From assembly GCA_009914755.4 (NCBI GenBank), contig CP068257.2, positions 43,680,001 through 43,744,000 of the forward strand: a DNA stretch of 64,000 nucleotides, in the 5' to 3' direction. Origin of the DNA: the human T2T-CHM13v2.0 reference genome, Homo sapiens. Shown piece after piece: positions 12,869 through 25,722 of the stretch (its first letter is position 1; the number at the start of each line of letters is the position of its first letter). The notes beneath the pieces are model-generated. The model saw nothing but the letters and a program-made list of their open reading frames with translations, was not told the origin of the DNA and ran no database searches. The position numbers and the translations under genes were made by a program.

Positions 12869-15009
12869 GAAGGAGTAGTAACTCTTGGGTGGTCGGGTAG
12901 TTGCCATGGAAAGGGGCAGTAATGCCCAGGTATTGCCGTGGCAACCGTAAACTGACATGGCGCACTGGAGGGCGTGCCTCATGGAAAGCTACCTGTGCCC
13001 CTGCCCTGTGTTAGCTAGGCCTCAATGTGGTCCAGTATCTGAGCCCCGCCTCCTGCCTCAGATGTTCCCGTCTGTCACCCCATTACCAGGGCGGCACTTC
13101 GGGTCCTTTCCAGCCATCATTGTCCTGGCATTGCCACAGTGGACACTGCCACACAGGCTTGTGTGCTTGCGCGTACCCAGGTCCTCACCTCTCTGGGATA
13201 AACCAGGCACGTGGCGGCCGCCCCATTTTCCACCGGCCAGCGGTGGAGGAGTTGCCCAGCCTTGCAGGAAAACAGCTCTCATGCCAGCAGCGGAGCATCC
13301 TATTCAAGTTTTCTCAGGGCTGCCAGCACAAATGCTGCATGCCGGGCGGCTTCCTCAGCAGACCGTTGTTTCTCTGCGTCCTGGAGGCTGGACGTCCCAG
13401 GTCCCCGTGTGGCAGGCCCGGTTCCTCCCGCAGCCTCTCCTTGGCTTGTGGGCGGCGTCTCCTCCCTGGGTCCTCGCAGGGCCACCCCTCCGTGTGTCTG
13501 TGTCCTCCCTCCCCTTATAAGGACCCCAGGCAGACTGGATCAGGGCCTGCCCTAAGGACTGAATTTTACCTTAATCACCTCTTTAAAAGCTGTCTCCAAA
13601 TACAGTCACCTTCTGGGGTCCTGGCTGTTAGGGCTTTGATGCATGGATTTGGGGGACACCGCTCAGCCCCTAACAGCCCCCATCCTCTGCCTGCCTTTAC
13701 CATGGGGCTGAGCCCAGCCCTGCAGGAGTCCCCTGGTTTGATGTCTGCTGTGGCCACGGCGACCCTCAGGCTGCTCCAGCCGCACTTGTGCTTGTCTCTG
13801 CCTGGCCCTGGGGCTTCACCTCCTGAGGGGGTGGAGAGAGAGAGACCTGTCCCTCCCAGCTCTCCTGGCCTTGCCCACTGCAGAGCCCAGAGGGACATCC
13901 TCCACCGTGGGCCTGGGCTCAGGTGTGCTCCGCGTTCTCCGGCCCCTCCTCCAGGTGCGCTGCTCACAGCACACGTCTCCACGTCCTGGCATCCCGGGCC
14001 TCCCTGGGCTCCGTGGCCCCGGAGGGTGCCCCTCCCTCAGCCAGTACTGTGGGAAGAGCCCGGTCCCTCTGGGGCCAGATGAGCAGGGCAGAGTGAGCAG
14101 GTCCCCCTTTGGTGGAGATTCACGATCTCCACCCCGCCCAGCAGCCATCCCAGGCCGCAGTCTGCTGACTATCCCCAGCTCACACTTCTCACCAGCTGAC
14201 ACGGTGATCTGGCCGGGCACCTGCCCAGGGTCCCACCCGCAGAGGAACCCGCCTCTTCCAGGTTGGTTCCGGGCTCCTGGACGGATCACGCGCTGTTGAC
14301 ATGCAGTTGTAGCTTTTTTCTTGTGGGTGGGAGCAATGCTCTTCCCAGCTCCACCTGGAATTCCACCAGGGATGGGTGCAGCATCCTAACCCCGCCTTCC
14401 CTTGGAGAATTCACTGCTCTGGACAGACGCCTGGCCCAGGATTTCAAAGGCGCATCTGTTATGGACCGGGCCCCCAGAGGAGACGTCTTTTTGCCATTTT
14501 GTTTTCTGACCGGAGGGTTTTTTGGAGGTTGCCCTCCCACCCACCGGGTTGCTGGCAGCCCAGCCCGTGCTGTTTTCAGTGGACCCTTTTGCAAATGTCT
14601 TCACAGGCTCCCGGGAAGCTGAGCTGAACAGTGACCTCAGCCTTGAGCAATCCCGAGGATGTGTTTGCTGAGGAAATCATTAAACAGGGAGATGAGAGCA
14701 CTCAACCCCCCACATGCCAGGCTCTGCGGGAGGCTGCTTATTCCTGTGGCCTCGGGCCAGGTGCCCCAGCATTTGCTGCCCTTGGTAGACACTTGTCTGG
14801 CCTGAGCCCTCGGGCACCATACACCGACATGGTTAGGGCAGCCAGGGTCAGCCCGGGCCCCTGGGAGAGCTGAGTGGAGGGACCACTGGCCAAGCACAGA
14901 GGGTGCAGGGTGCCCAGGACCAGGCGTCACCTGATGGTCACCTGGGGGAACCTGCTCACTCCGCCCTGCTGCCCTGCTCACTGCTCGGGGGCCCAGCCAG
15001 GCCGGGGAC

Positions 15010-15140
15010 CAGGGCCTCAGAGTGGAGGGGGGTCAGGGCCCAGGGCCTCAGGGTGGAGGATGGTCAGGACTCAGGGCCTCAGGGTGGAGGCAGTCAGGAC
15101 TCAGGGCCTGAGGATGGAGGGGGTCAGGCCTCAGGGCACT
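15010..15140. repeat. Minisatellite, ~31 bp unit x ~4 (cagggcctcagggtggaggatggtcaggact)
   Basis: Direct tandem copies. Confidence 0.8.
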
Positions 15141-16339
15141 GGACAGCTGACTGGCTTCTTCCCAACCCTTTTCCTTCTTTTCGCCCAACATAACCACTGG
15201 GAGGTATCCACAGAAGGGGGCTCCTCAAACACTGCCTGGTGTCCTCTGTCTCAGCCCCAGGGGAAAGGACTCGCACGGGGCGGAGTGGGAACTTTGGGTG
15301 AAACTGGGCAGGGGGTGCTGGCCAAGGCGGGGGAGAGGGTGGACTCCCATCAGGTCAGGAGCTCCGAGGTGAGGCCTCTGCTAGGGTGGAGGGTCTCAAG
15401 ATGGGGAGGGAGGGGTTGTGGGAAAGGGGAGGGGAGGTGGAGCCGCTCCAGGAGCCTCACGGGCCTTCGGGATGGAGCCGCTGGGCGTTGGCGAGAGGCT
15501 TCCGTCCACGGCACAGCCCCGCACGGGGGCAGAGGACGGGAAGGGACCCAGGGCAGCCCCGAACCACCTCAGACTTTTGGAAAATGAACTGGAAAGAAAC
15601 AAGACTTCTTTTGAAAAGAAGAATGTCCTTTTTTATTTTGACTTTTTGTCATCGATATTTTTTGCGTTACTCCTGGTTTTAAAAAGAATTGCATTAAAAT
15701 ACCGCTTTTCTGATGAGTGAGTTTTTGGAACACCCCCCTGCTCCCTGCTTTAATTTTGCCCTGGAGAGGAGCACCTCATTCTACTCTGGGCTGTGCATCT
15801 TTGGAAGGAATGCTGAGACCCCCGGTTCCCACTGTCCCCGTGGGCCATACCCCGTGAGCCAGCGGGACCAGCTCCGAAGGCAGAAGGTCAGCCCGGGGTC
15901 AGCTTCAGCCTTGGCGGGGGCAGCCGCTCAGCAGAGGGTGGCCCAGGGAGGCCAGGCTGGCTAAGGGCAGGGCCAGGACCACCCAGAATGGGAGGCCCAC
16001 AGCCCACCAAGGGGTTGCCCCGTGGGAAGACATGGGGAATGGGTCTGGCCCTCTCAGCACGCTGTGGAGTGTGGCAGAGGGCGGGGGTCGTGTCCTGGAA
16101 GGAGGAGGCTGAGCCTCCAGAGAGCAGCGTCGGGCTGGAAGATTAGGGGAATGCTGTGTGTACAAGGCCCAGCCATGACAAGCAGTGACTGTGGTTTTAG
16201 CCAAGAGTGGGCAGTGAGGGAGGGGACACACGTGGCGGATAGGGTGGGGAGTGGCCCCCACAGGACATCAGGAGGGACCTAAGTGAAGGAGGAAGCGCTG
16301 GCAGGCCAGGCACCCACCCTCGGGGGCCAACTATCCAGA

Positions 16340-16540
16340 GAGGGGCAGGGGGAGGGCAGGGGGAGGGGGCTGAGAGCGGGCAGAGGGAGGGCTGGAGCAG
16401 GGGCTGAGAGCAGGCATGGGGAGGGCAGGGGGAAGGGGCTGAGAGCAGGCAGGGGGAAGGGGCTGAGAGTGGGCAGGGGCTGAGAGCGGGCAGGGGCTGA
16501 GAGCGGGCAGGGGGAGGGCCGGGGCAGGGGCTGCTGCCTC
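16340..16540. repeat. G-rich complex minisatellite (gggctgagagcgggcag / ggggagggcaggggga motifs)
   Basis: Interleaved short G-rich units repeated ~10 times. Confidence 0.8.
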
Positions 16541-16711
16541 CTGGAAACGTTTCATGTTGTCCTTGCACTATTTACAGTGAGGATTATTTATAAAACCCAA
16601 ATCGCTTTAAAGCCATTTCCAGGTTTTACATGAACAAAAATCTATTTGAAAAAAGAAAATAATAAAATAAACATTTAAAAATCTTTCTTAGAATTCCCTA
16701 AATTTCAGGGC

Positions 16712-17222
16712 CGTGTGTGTGCCCATGTGTGGTATTTGTGTGTGTGCGTCTGTGCATCTGTGTCAGTGTGTCTGTGTCTGTGAGTCTGTGTGTCTGTATC
16801 TGTGTGTCGGTGCATCTCTGTGTCTGTGTGTGTCTGTGTCTGTGTGCCTGTGTGTGTGTCTGTCACTGTGTGTGTGTCTGTGTGTCTGTGCATCTGTGTG
16901 TCTGTGTGTGTCAGTGTGTCTGTGTGTGTGTCTCAGTGTGTCTGTATCTGTGTGTTGGTGCATCTGTGTGTCTGTGTCTGTGTCTGTGTGCTTGGGTGTC
17001 TGTCACTGTGCGTCCGTGTGTCTGTGCATCCGTGTGTCTCTGCATATGTGTGTGTGTGTCAGTGTGTCTGTATCTGTGTGTTGGTGCATCTCTATGTCTG
17101 TGTATGTGTGTCAATGTGTCTGTGTGCTTGTGTGTCTGTCACTGTGTCTGTGCATCCATGTGTCTGTGCGTCTGTGTGTCTGTGCATCCGTGTGTCTGTG
17201 CATATATGTCTGTGTACGCACA
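16712..17222. repeat. TG-rich simple repeat/minisatellite (TGTGTCTG / TGTGCATC variants), ~510 bp
   Basis: Low-complexity alternating purine-pyrimidine tract. It is the source of the Cys/Val-rich and His/Thr-rich ORFs. Confidence 0.9.
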
Positions 17223-19384
17223 CAGCTGATCCTCTGACACCGAGGAGGAGACACAGTGGGGATTCTGGGTCTGGCAGGCTCTCTCCTCTGCATCTCTCAA
17301 GCCTCCCACAACCCCCTTAGTGTCCACCCATGCTGTAAGAGGAGACCATCTGGAGTCCCAGGTGTTTTAGAGACTGGAAACCAGCCCACGGGGCCCCTGG
17401 AGGAACAAAAACCAGCTCCCAGCCAGCGCATGCACACCTGAGACACGCCCTCAGCCACTGGCTTCTGCCACTGCTTTACTGGGTCAGCCATGAGTGGGGC
17501 TGAGGAGCCCGCCCTCCCATCAACGTGTTGCTACCTGGAGAGCATTGACAGACTTGGGCCATTCCTCTCCGTGGCGGGTGCCCCTGTCTTCCTGTCTACA
17601 TGAGTCCAGGGGCCCTGTGGTGCATGGGAACAGCCAGGAGGGGTGGCTCAGCAGGACTAAGATGAGAGACTATCATGAGACCCGGGCACATTCTCACCAA
17701 CAGCGGGTTCCTTTCCGTCCCCGCATCTTCCCTCACCAGCAAGCCCCTGTGCAGATCCCAGACTCCACAAAGGCCCATCAGTCATCACTGTCCACATGTG
17801 CATCCGATGTGTAGGGTGGCGGCGGGGATGAGGCTCAGACAGACAAGACACCCCAGGGTCAGCCAGGCCGGCCTGTCCCACTTGAGCTGGGCTGAGACAC
17901 CAATGTCACCCCTCTTGAAGCCCCCAAAGCTTGCTCTCTGGCCGACAGCTGGCTTTTGAGCCAGAAGGCTGGTGACCCTGTTAGGATCTGGCAGACCCGC
18001 CAGGGTGGCTCCCAACTCACCCACTTCCCGCCCTGAGGTCCTCTCCTCCCTCCCCACCCTCTGGCTACATGGACTCTCCATCCTGGAACACCGGGCATGA
18101 CCTGACTCGCCTTTGCCTCGCCGTTCCCTCTGCCTGCGATGCTGTTTCCCCGACCACACAGGCCTCCCTGGCTCCTGGCCTCCTCCAGTCTTTTCTCAGG
18201 GTCTTCTCCGTGAGGCCCCTCTGACAACCCCGTTCACATTCCTAACCAGCACCCAGCAGCCTGTCTCATTGTCTCTTACTGGAATGTGTGTTTGCACGGC
18301 AGGGATTTTCCCCCTGCTGTGTGGTGATGGATCCCCAGCGTCTGGAACTGCTTCCAATGCGAAGGAGCTCGGAAGCCTTCAGTGTGGGGATGAGTGAGTG
18401 AGGCAGGCGGCTGCCGGTGCGGGGAAGACAGTTAGGGTTGTTCTTACATGATAGTTTTTAAAGATGCCATCTTTTCAACCAAGAAATTCTACTTCTAGGC
18501 CCCTGCCCTGGAGAAACAATGAACTGGTGGGGAAGAGTTTCATCATTTCAAATGCTCGGCCATGGTTTCTGTGACCTGTGGGTCTGGTTCCTCCATGGAT
18601 GGAGCAGATGTCAGCGGCCTTTGACTGGAGAAGGTCGTGGGTCTTGCAGGCTTCAAAAGCTTCTTCGTTTATGTTGTGCCAAGAAAGCTATGGCTGGGAA
18701 CGGTTCCCTCCCTCAGTGTCTGCTTGTGGCAGCTCCCGGGCGTTTCTGGGCTGCCTCACCCCGCACTGCACTGGCCTCAGAGCCAGGCCTTCATCTGACC
18801 AAGTCCCCACCTCCTGCTGTCTTCACTAGTGCTGTTCTTTATCTGTCTTTGGGTTCCTTTTAGTATTTTCCCCTAAATTTTCAAATGATGTGTCTGGTTG
18901 GTTGAATGTGAACCTTTCTTGATTACTAGGTAAATGCATCTGGTCTTCCTGGTGTGGCCGAGTCCCACAGGTGCAGTGTGGGGCACCCACGTGCCTTCCC
19001 TGGAGTGAGGAGTCCGAGCTCTCCTCTCCGTCTCTGCTCATGATGGGGGCCATGCTCCCCCGTGCCCTTCCCAGCAAAGATGGGGCCTCCAGGGCTCCAC
19101 TCCCACTCCCGAGCCCCTTCAGTGTGGACACATCTCACTGTTACCCTGGTATCCGTTCACAGTCACTGAGACTTGGCCAGCAGCTTTGCTGCCTTTGTGT
19201 TGGTTTTTGTCAACACTCTGTTCTGTGTCCCATGCCAGCCGAGAGGCCTGTGGGGGTGGCTAGTGGGGGGAAGCTTGGCCTGCAGGTGAAGGCAGGGCTG
19301 GGGGCCCTTCTGGGCCATGGTGCCAGCCTGTCACCTTCGTGTTTTCTGCCATCAGGTGTCAGGGTCCCACTGGGCCTTCAGCTG

Positions 19385-19915
19385 CCTGTGCTACCTGGGC
19401 ATGTGCCCCCTCCCCAAATATGTGCCCCTCCCCAGACCTGTGCCCCCTCCCCAGATCTGTGCCCCTCCCCACACCTGTGCCCCCTCCCCGGATCTGTGCC
19501 CCCTCCCCGGACCTGTGCCCCCTCCCCAGACCTGTGCCCCCTCCCCGGACCTGTGCCCCCTCCCCAGACCTGTGCCCCCTCCCAGGCCTGTGCCCCCTCC
19601 CGGGCCTGTGCCCCCTCCCTGGATCTGTGCCCCCTCGCCGGGCCAGTGCCCTCTCCCTGGACCTGTGCCCCCTCCCCAGGCCTGTGCCCCCTCCCTGGAT
19701 CTGTGCCCCTCCCCGGACCTGTGCCCCCTCCCTGGATCTGTGCCCCCTCGCTGGGCCAGTGCCCTCTCCCTGGACCTGTGCCCCCTCCCCAGGCCTGTGC
19801 CCCCTCCCCGGACCTGTGCCCCCTCCCAGACCTGTGCCCCCTCCCCAGACCTGTGCCCCCTCCCCAGACCTGTGCCCCCTCCCCAGGCCTGTGCCCCCTC
19901 TCTGGGCCTGTGTTT
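19385..19915. repeat. Minisatellite, 20 bp unit (cctgtgccccctccccagac) x ~26 with higher-order variants
   Basis: Regular 20-bp period. Because 20 is not a multiple of 3, the frame rotates and gives Pro-rich ORFs on the + strand and Gly/Arg-rich ORFs on the - strand. Confidence 0.9.
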
Positions 19916-22269
19916 TCCCAAACATACCCCATGGAGAGGAGCTGGGTCCTCACAGGTTCAAAATTGTCCTATAACCCTGGGGGGGTTACGGTGTGTGCGA
20001 GGGATGGAAACCAGACTCTGAGGTAGACGTGTGTGTGAGGAGTGTCAGCCCCCGTCCCTGGAGGGCGAGGAGGGGAGTCCAGGGAGGCCCCACCCCTGGC
20101 CTGGGGAGATGGGTCTCGGTGAAGAACCAGGGCCACACTGGCATCACAGGCAGGCCCAGTCCTGGTGGATATGTCCAGGCCGCCCCTTTTCCTCCCCTCC
20201 ATCCAGGGTGCACCAGGCTCCTCCCCTCAGAGACCACCCAGCCGGAAGCCCAGGCTCCCCAGGTCACCAAAAGGGGCTTGCAGGGCCTCCTAGGTGCCAC
20301 AGGGTGCCGGGGGTGAAATGTGACTCTACCAGGCAGCCGTCAAAGAAACAGGTGTAACTGCATCCCCAGCGTGGAGAGGAGGCTGGCTCGGGCCAGCAGG
20401 GTCCCAGAGAGAGCCCAGGGTCCGGGAAGCAGAGCAACCTCAGGCAGCTCCAGGGGGACGTTGATGGAGGGACCATTGGCAACGGTGGAGCAGGGAGTAG
20501 GGAGAAAGCGAGCCCATGGCTGGAGCGCGCCAGGAGGGTGAGGTGAGGGCGGGGCCCCTGGAGCCTTAGTGCAGGGAGACAGGCTGCCTGTGCACCTGCC
20601 GAGAAGGAGCCCTCCCCGACCTTGGACTGCCAATACCCGAGGCCAAACCCACCCTCCCCAGCCTGTGCCAGCCCCAGGGTCAGCCTGGGCAGAGCGTGGT
20701 GGGGAGAGGTGCCCAGGGCACCTGGAGGGGTAGGAGGGGACACCTGCCCTGCTGTACACAGTCCCTGCTTCCCCCATGTGCTCCCCACCAGCCTGCAGGG
20801 AGCATGGAGTTGCTTTCACTTCATCAAGATCCTGGAGCACCTCTTCCTGCTGCCTCGAGTGGCCCACAGTTTCCACGACACCTCTCTGGTTTCCGGAGCT
20901 CCTGAGCTGGGATGTAAGCCACCAGCATTCATCTCTGGCCCCTGCCTCAGGCCCTTCGACTCCCAAAATAATGGGCAGGAGTGGGAGCTTCATCCAAGGC
21001 CCCTGCACACTGCCTTGGTTCACAGTGAAATCTGGAACACGGCATCTTGGTTTCCAGGAAAACTGCCTTGGGTGCCATGGCGCAGCCTGCCCACACTTCA
21101 GGCACAGAGCACAGAAGATTCTGTGGTTTCCATACCTGGGAAGAGAAAAGAAAAACCTTCCAGGTACTTTAAAGTTCCAGAAAAATGAGAAATGCTTGGC
21201 CACAGGTACACCTACAAACCCTGCTGTCTGCACAAACCTTGCTGCAGAAGTCACAGGAAGGCTCTAAGGAGCAAAGAAGGAAGAGCCGGCCCCTCCTCTC
21301 TGGGAGACTGTAGGAGAATGAAGGAACCCTAGGTGGCAGCGGCTGAGCTCATGGTCCGCTGACGACATTGCCTGGGGTGGGAAGGAAGCCCAGCCAGCCC
21401 AGGCAGCCATGGGCCAGCCATGGGTCTCAGAGGGAGAACAGAGGCCTCCCGCCACCAGCAGCACTAGTGTGCCAGCCACGTGCCTGGACCTGGACCCTGC
21501 AGCCCTGGGGAGGCTCTCGGATGACAGTGGCCCCAGAGGCATCCAACTGCAGCCTCATGAGAGCCCTGTGCCCCAGCGCCCAGCTAAGCTGTGCTGGATT
21601 TCCTGGCTCAGAGGAACTGTGAGGATAAGGAAGGTTTATTGTAGGTTGTTGTGAGCCATTAAACTTGGGGTGCTTTGTTAGGACACAATGGATAGCAAAT
21701 ACACCACTGACCGGTTAGGAGCCCCCAAACTGGGGAGAAAGTCTCACAGGGGAGCCTGTGCTCACAGGGACGGAGTCAGCCTCACACACAGACACATTTT
21801 GTTATGGGTTGAATGGTGTCCCCTCCCCCCAAAAAAGGACGCACTGAAGCCCTACACCCCCATACCTGTGTGTGTGACCCTACTTGGAAATAAGGTCTTT
21901 GCAGATTTAATCACGTTAAATCAAGTTCATTAGGATGGGCTGTAATCCAATGTGACTGTGTCATCACCAAAAGGGGAAATGTGGACACAGACACAGACCC
22001 ACAAGGAGGAGGCCACATGAAGATGGAGGCAGAGACTGGAGTGATGCACAGGCCAGGGGACACTGGGGGCTGCTGGGAGCTGGGAGAGGCGGGAGGGATC
22101 CTCCCCAGAGCCTCTGGAGGGGGCACGGCCCCACCCACACCTTGATCTGGGACTTCTGGCTCCAGATCTGTGAGAGAACCTCTGTTCTTAGCCATCAGTT
22201 TTGTGGAACAGTGTTGCAGCAGCCCCAGAAAACGAATGCAGATTTCTGCACCTTTTAAGAGCAAAGACA

Positions 22270-22562
<293 letters not shown>

Positions 22563-23420
22563 AAAAGAAAAGACAATCAAAACACAGCTCAAGTGAGCAG
22601 CATTTGTACTGAATCAATTGGCCTCTGTTTAGTACTATTAATTAGACAAGAAAAAAGGGAGTTGTCTTTGTGTACCACTGGGGGTTTGCAGTTTTTAGAT
22701 AATAAGTTTATTTTAAGTAACTATGATTTTCATTTTCTTTCAGTGTTCAGGTAGCCACAACTTGACCATGGGGACCCCTTGAACTGGCACGACCTCCCGT
22801 CCGCACCCAAGTCCCCACCAGCCTGTCCCTCTGATGGTTCTGGGCTGGGTGTGGCAGGGAAAGGGCAGAAGTGAGACTTTGACCTGGTGGGTGCACACGC
22901 CTAGGTGTAAATCTAGCTCCAACATCTTACATGAGAATGAATTGAATTCAGATTCTTTAATGGCTCACCCTGGAGTTTTATCCCTCCTGGTAATAATTTC
23001 ATGACCAACACAATTCTTTGTTTAGCTGAGTATTTTGATTCTGGTGAGCATCATTTCATGTGTGTGGTGTTGTCAACAGCCACAGGTGAGTCTAAAATAA
23101 TAGCACAGGGTCTTGTGACGGTGCTGGGAACCTCTCCGCTCATACTGGCCCGCATGTCTTCGGACGGGAGTCGCAGCGCAAGCTTGCAGGTGGTCATTGC
23201 TGGGAGTGTTAAGGCAATACAGGTCTCTGAGAAGAGAGAAAAAGGTGTCTTTATATTCAGAATAGTCAGGGAACAGCGCTGGTGTTTACAGCTGATGTGA
23301 AGTGACCAACACAGAGAAGAAACAGACACGCCCAGGTCAAGGGAATTTGTCTTTAACATATTTTTTTTAAATAACCCACAATTTGGTGTTGAATTCTAAT
23401 TTTTAAAAGACACTCAGGTA

Positions 23421-23713
23421 TTTATTTATTTGAGACGGAGTCTCGCTCTGTCGCCCAGGCTGGAGTGCAGTGGTGCAATCTTGGCTCACTGCAAGCTCCG
23501 CCTCACGGGTTCACGCCATTCTCCTGCCTCAGCCTCCTGAGTAGCTGGGACTACAGGTGCCAGCCATCATGCCTGGCTGATTTTTTGTATTTTTAGTAGA
23601 GATGGGGTTTCACCGTGTTAGCCAGGATGCTCTCGATCTCCTGACCTCATGATCCGCCCGCCTCCGCCTCCCAAAGTGCTGGGATTACAGGTGTGAGCCA
23701 CCGTGCCCGGCCA
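23421..23713 (-). mobile_element. Alu SINE (minus orientation) with target-site duplication
   Basis: Reverse-complement Alu (tttgagacggagtctcgctctgtcgcccaggctggagtgcagtgg ... ggccgggcacggtggctcac in revcomp). 'caggtatttattt' is present on both flanks. Confidence 0.95.
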
Positions 23714-24142
23714 GGTATTTATTTCTTAATGCCCTATTCCTACAAAGTGCAAAGGCCATTTGAGAATGTCAGAAACTATAATGAAATAAGATCAAAATAC
23801 AATAGCTTTCCACATGGATATTATTAGAGATGCTTGCCCTTAAATTTCACCCTGCAATTCAGGTTAAGGAGCAATTTTATAGGCCTTTATAACATTATGA
23901 TATAATCAATGCTTCTATAAAATCCCGTTTATGAACGACAAGGGACCCATCGTGTGTGTCAGAGTCACTCACAAAACGTTTAATGAGCTGTTCAGGTAAT
24001 GACATGACCCAACAGGGGATTTCCAAAACGCCCAGTCTTTCAAAAACGATATGAAAATCTCCAAATCGGACATTTAAAATGATTCATATTATTATTAGGA
24101 AAAGCATATAAGATGTATTAAAGAAGAAGCATGGTTTGGCTC

Positions 24143-24420
24143 CTTTTTAAACATTTTAATTAGTGGACTTTGTTACTTAGAGCAGTTTTAGGTTTACAGA
24201 AAAACTGAGTCTCAGGTCCAGGGAGCCCCAGTGTCTCGGCTCCCCTGCGACTGACATCCTGCTTCCTGTGCTGCGTTTGTTACAATTATCAGTCGCGCGA
24301 ACACACGGCTCACATTAGGGCTCACTCCTTGCGTCGAACATTTTATGGGTTTTGACAAGTGTGTCATGACATGGATCCACTAGTTGTGGTCCCTTTTATC
24401 AGGTTAAAAATAAAACGGGG
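24143..24420 (+). mobile_element. Old LINE-1 (L1M/L1P-type) 3'UTR fragment
   Basis: 'agagcagttttaggtttacagaaaaactgag ... ctcacattagggctcactccttg..attttatgggttttgacaagtgtgtcatgacatggatccac' matches the conserved 3' region of older L1 families from memory. Confidence 0.55.
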
Positions 24421-24743
24421 CCTTGCAGAGATTTAAATGTGGTAGTAATCACCTTTGTTATATTTTTCCTTCTGAAAATATTAGCCTTGGAAGGAAATGT
24501 TTTAACAACTAGCCACTGTTCTGTGTCTGGGCACATGTCCATAGTGAGCGTATTCTCTTATCTGCTTCATGCTGTTGCCAATTTACAGACCAGTCGCTCA
24601 GAAGCTGTGATTTTTCTTCTGAGCATAAGCTTATCCTCAATATGGAAACTTTAATTCAAAATACAGTTTGGTCTCATAGGAGCATTGTAGTCTTGCTGGC
24701 TGGAATTCACGTGGAGACCGATGCCAGTGCCTCTTTCCTCTGC

Positions 24744-25722
24744 ATCCATCCATCCATCCATCCATCCATCCATCCACCCACCCACCCATCCATCCATCCA
24801 TCCATCCATCCATCCATCCACCCACCCGTCCATCCATCCATCCATCCGCCCACCCGTCCATCTATCCACCCATCCATCCACCCACCCGTCCATCTATCCA
24901 CCCATCCATCCACCCACCCGTCCATCCATCCACCCATCCATCCATCTATTTATCCATCCATCCATCTATCCACCCACCCATCCATCCATCCACCCATCCA
25001 TCCATCCATCCACCCATCCACCCGTCCATCCATCCATCCATCCACCCACTCGTCCATCCATCCATCCATCCATCCATCCATCCATCCATCCACCCACCCA
25101 CCCGTCCATCCATCCACCCATCCATCCATCTATCCACCCACCCGTCCATCCATCCACCCACGCGTCCATCCATCCATCCATCCACCCACCCATCCATCCA
25201 TCCACCCACCCGTCCATCCATCCACCCATCCATCCATCCATCCACCCATCCATCCATCCATCCGTCCATCCACCCACCCATCCGTCCATCCACCCACCCA
25301 CCCGTCCATCCATCCATCCATCCATCCACCCATCCATCCATCCATCCATCCATCCACCCACCCGTCCATCCATCCACCCACCCGTCCATCCATCCACCCA
25401 TCCATCCATCTATCCACCCATCCATCCATCTATCCACCCACCCGTCCATCCATCCACCCACCCGTCCATCCATCCACCCATCCATCCATCCATCCATCCA
25501 CCCATCCACCCGTCCATCCATCCATCCACCCACTCGTCCATCCATCCATCCATCCACCCACCCGTCCATCCATCCACCCACCCGTCCATCCATCCATCCA
25601 CCCATCCATCTATCCATCCATCCATCCATCCATCCATCCATCCATCCATCCATCTATCCATCCATCCATCTATTTATCCATCCATCCATCTATTTATGCA
25701 TCCGTCCATCCATCCATCCCTC
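24744..25722. repeat. (CCAT/CCAC)n tetranucleotide-based simple repeat, ~1 kb
   Basis: catccatccatccacccacccgtc... repeats continuously. It is the source of the 374-aa and 433-aa 'HPSIHPS' ORFs (+) and the 'MDGWMDGW' ORFs (-). Confidence 0.95.

Noticed and set aside
16713-17320. Cys/Val-rich ORFs (170-176 aa) resembling metallothionein- or keratin-associated-like low-complexity proteins
   Set aside because: They are generated by the TG-rich tract (TGT=Cys, GTG=Val, GTC=Val). The antisense frames give His/Thr repeats. There is no frame consistency or start context.
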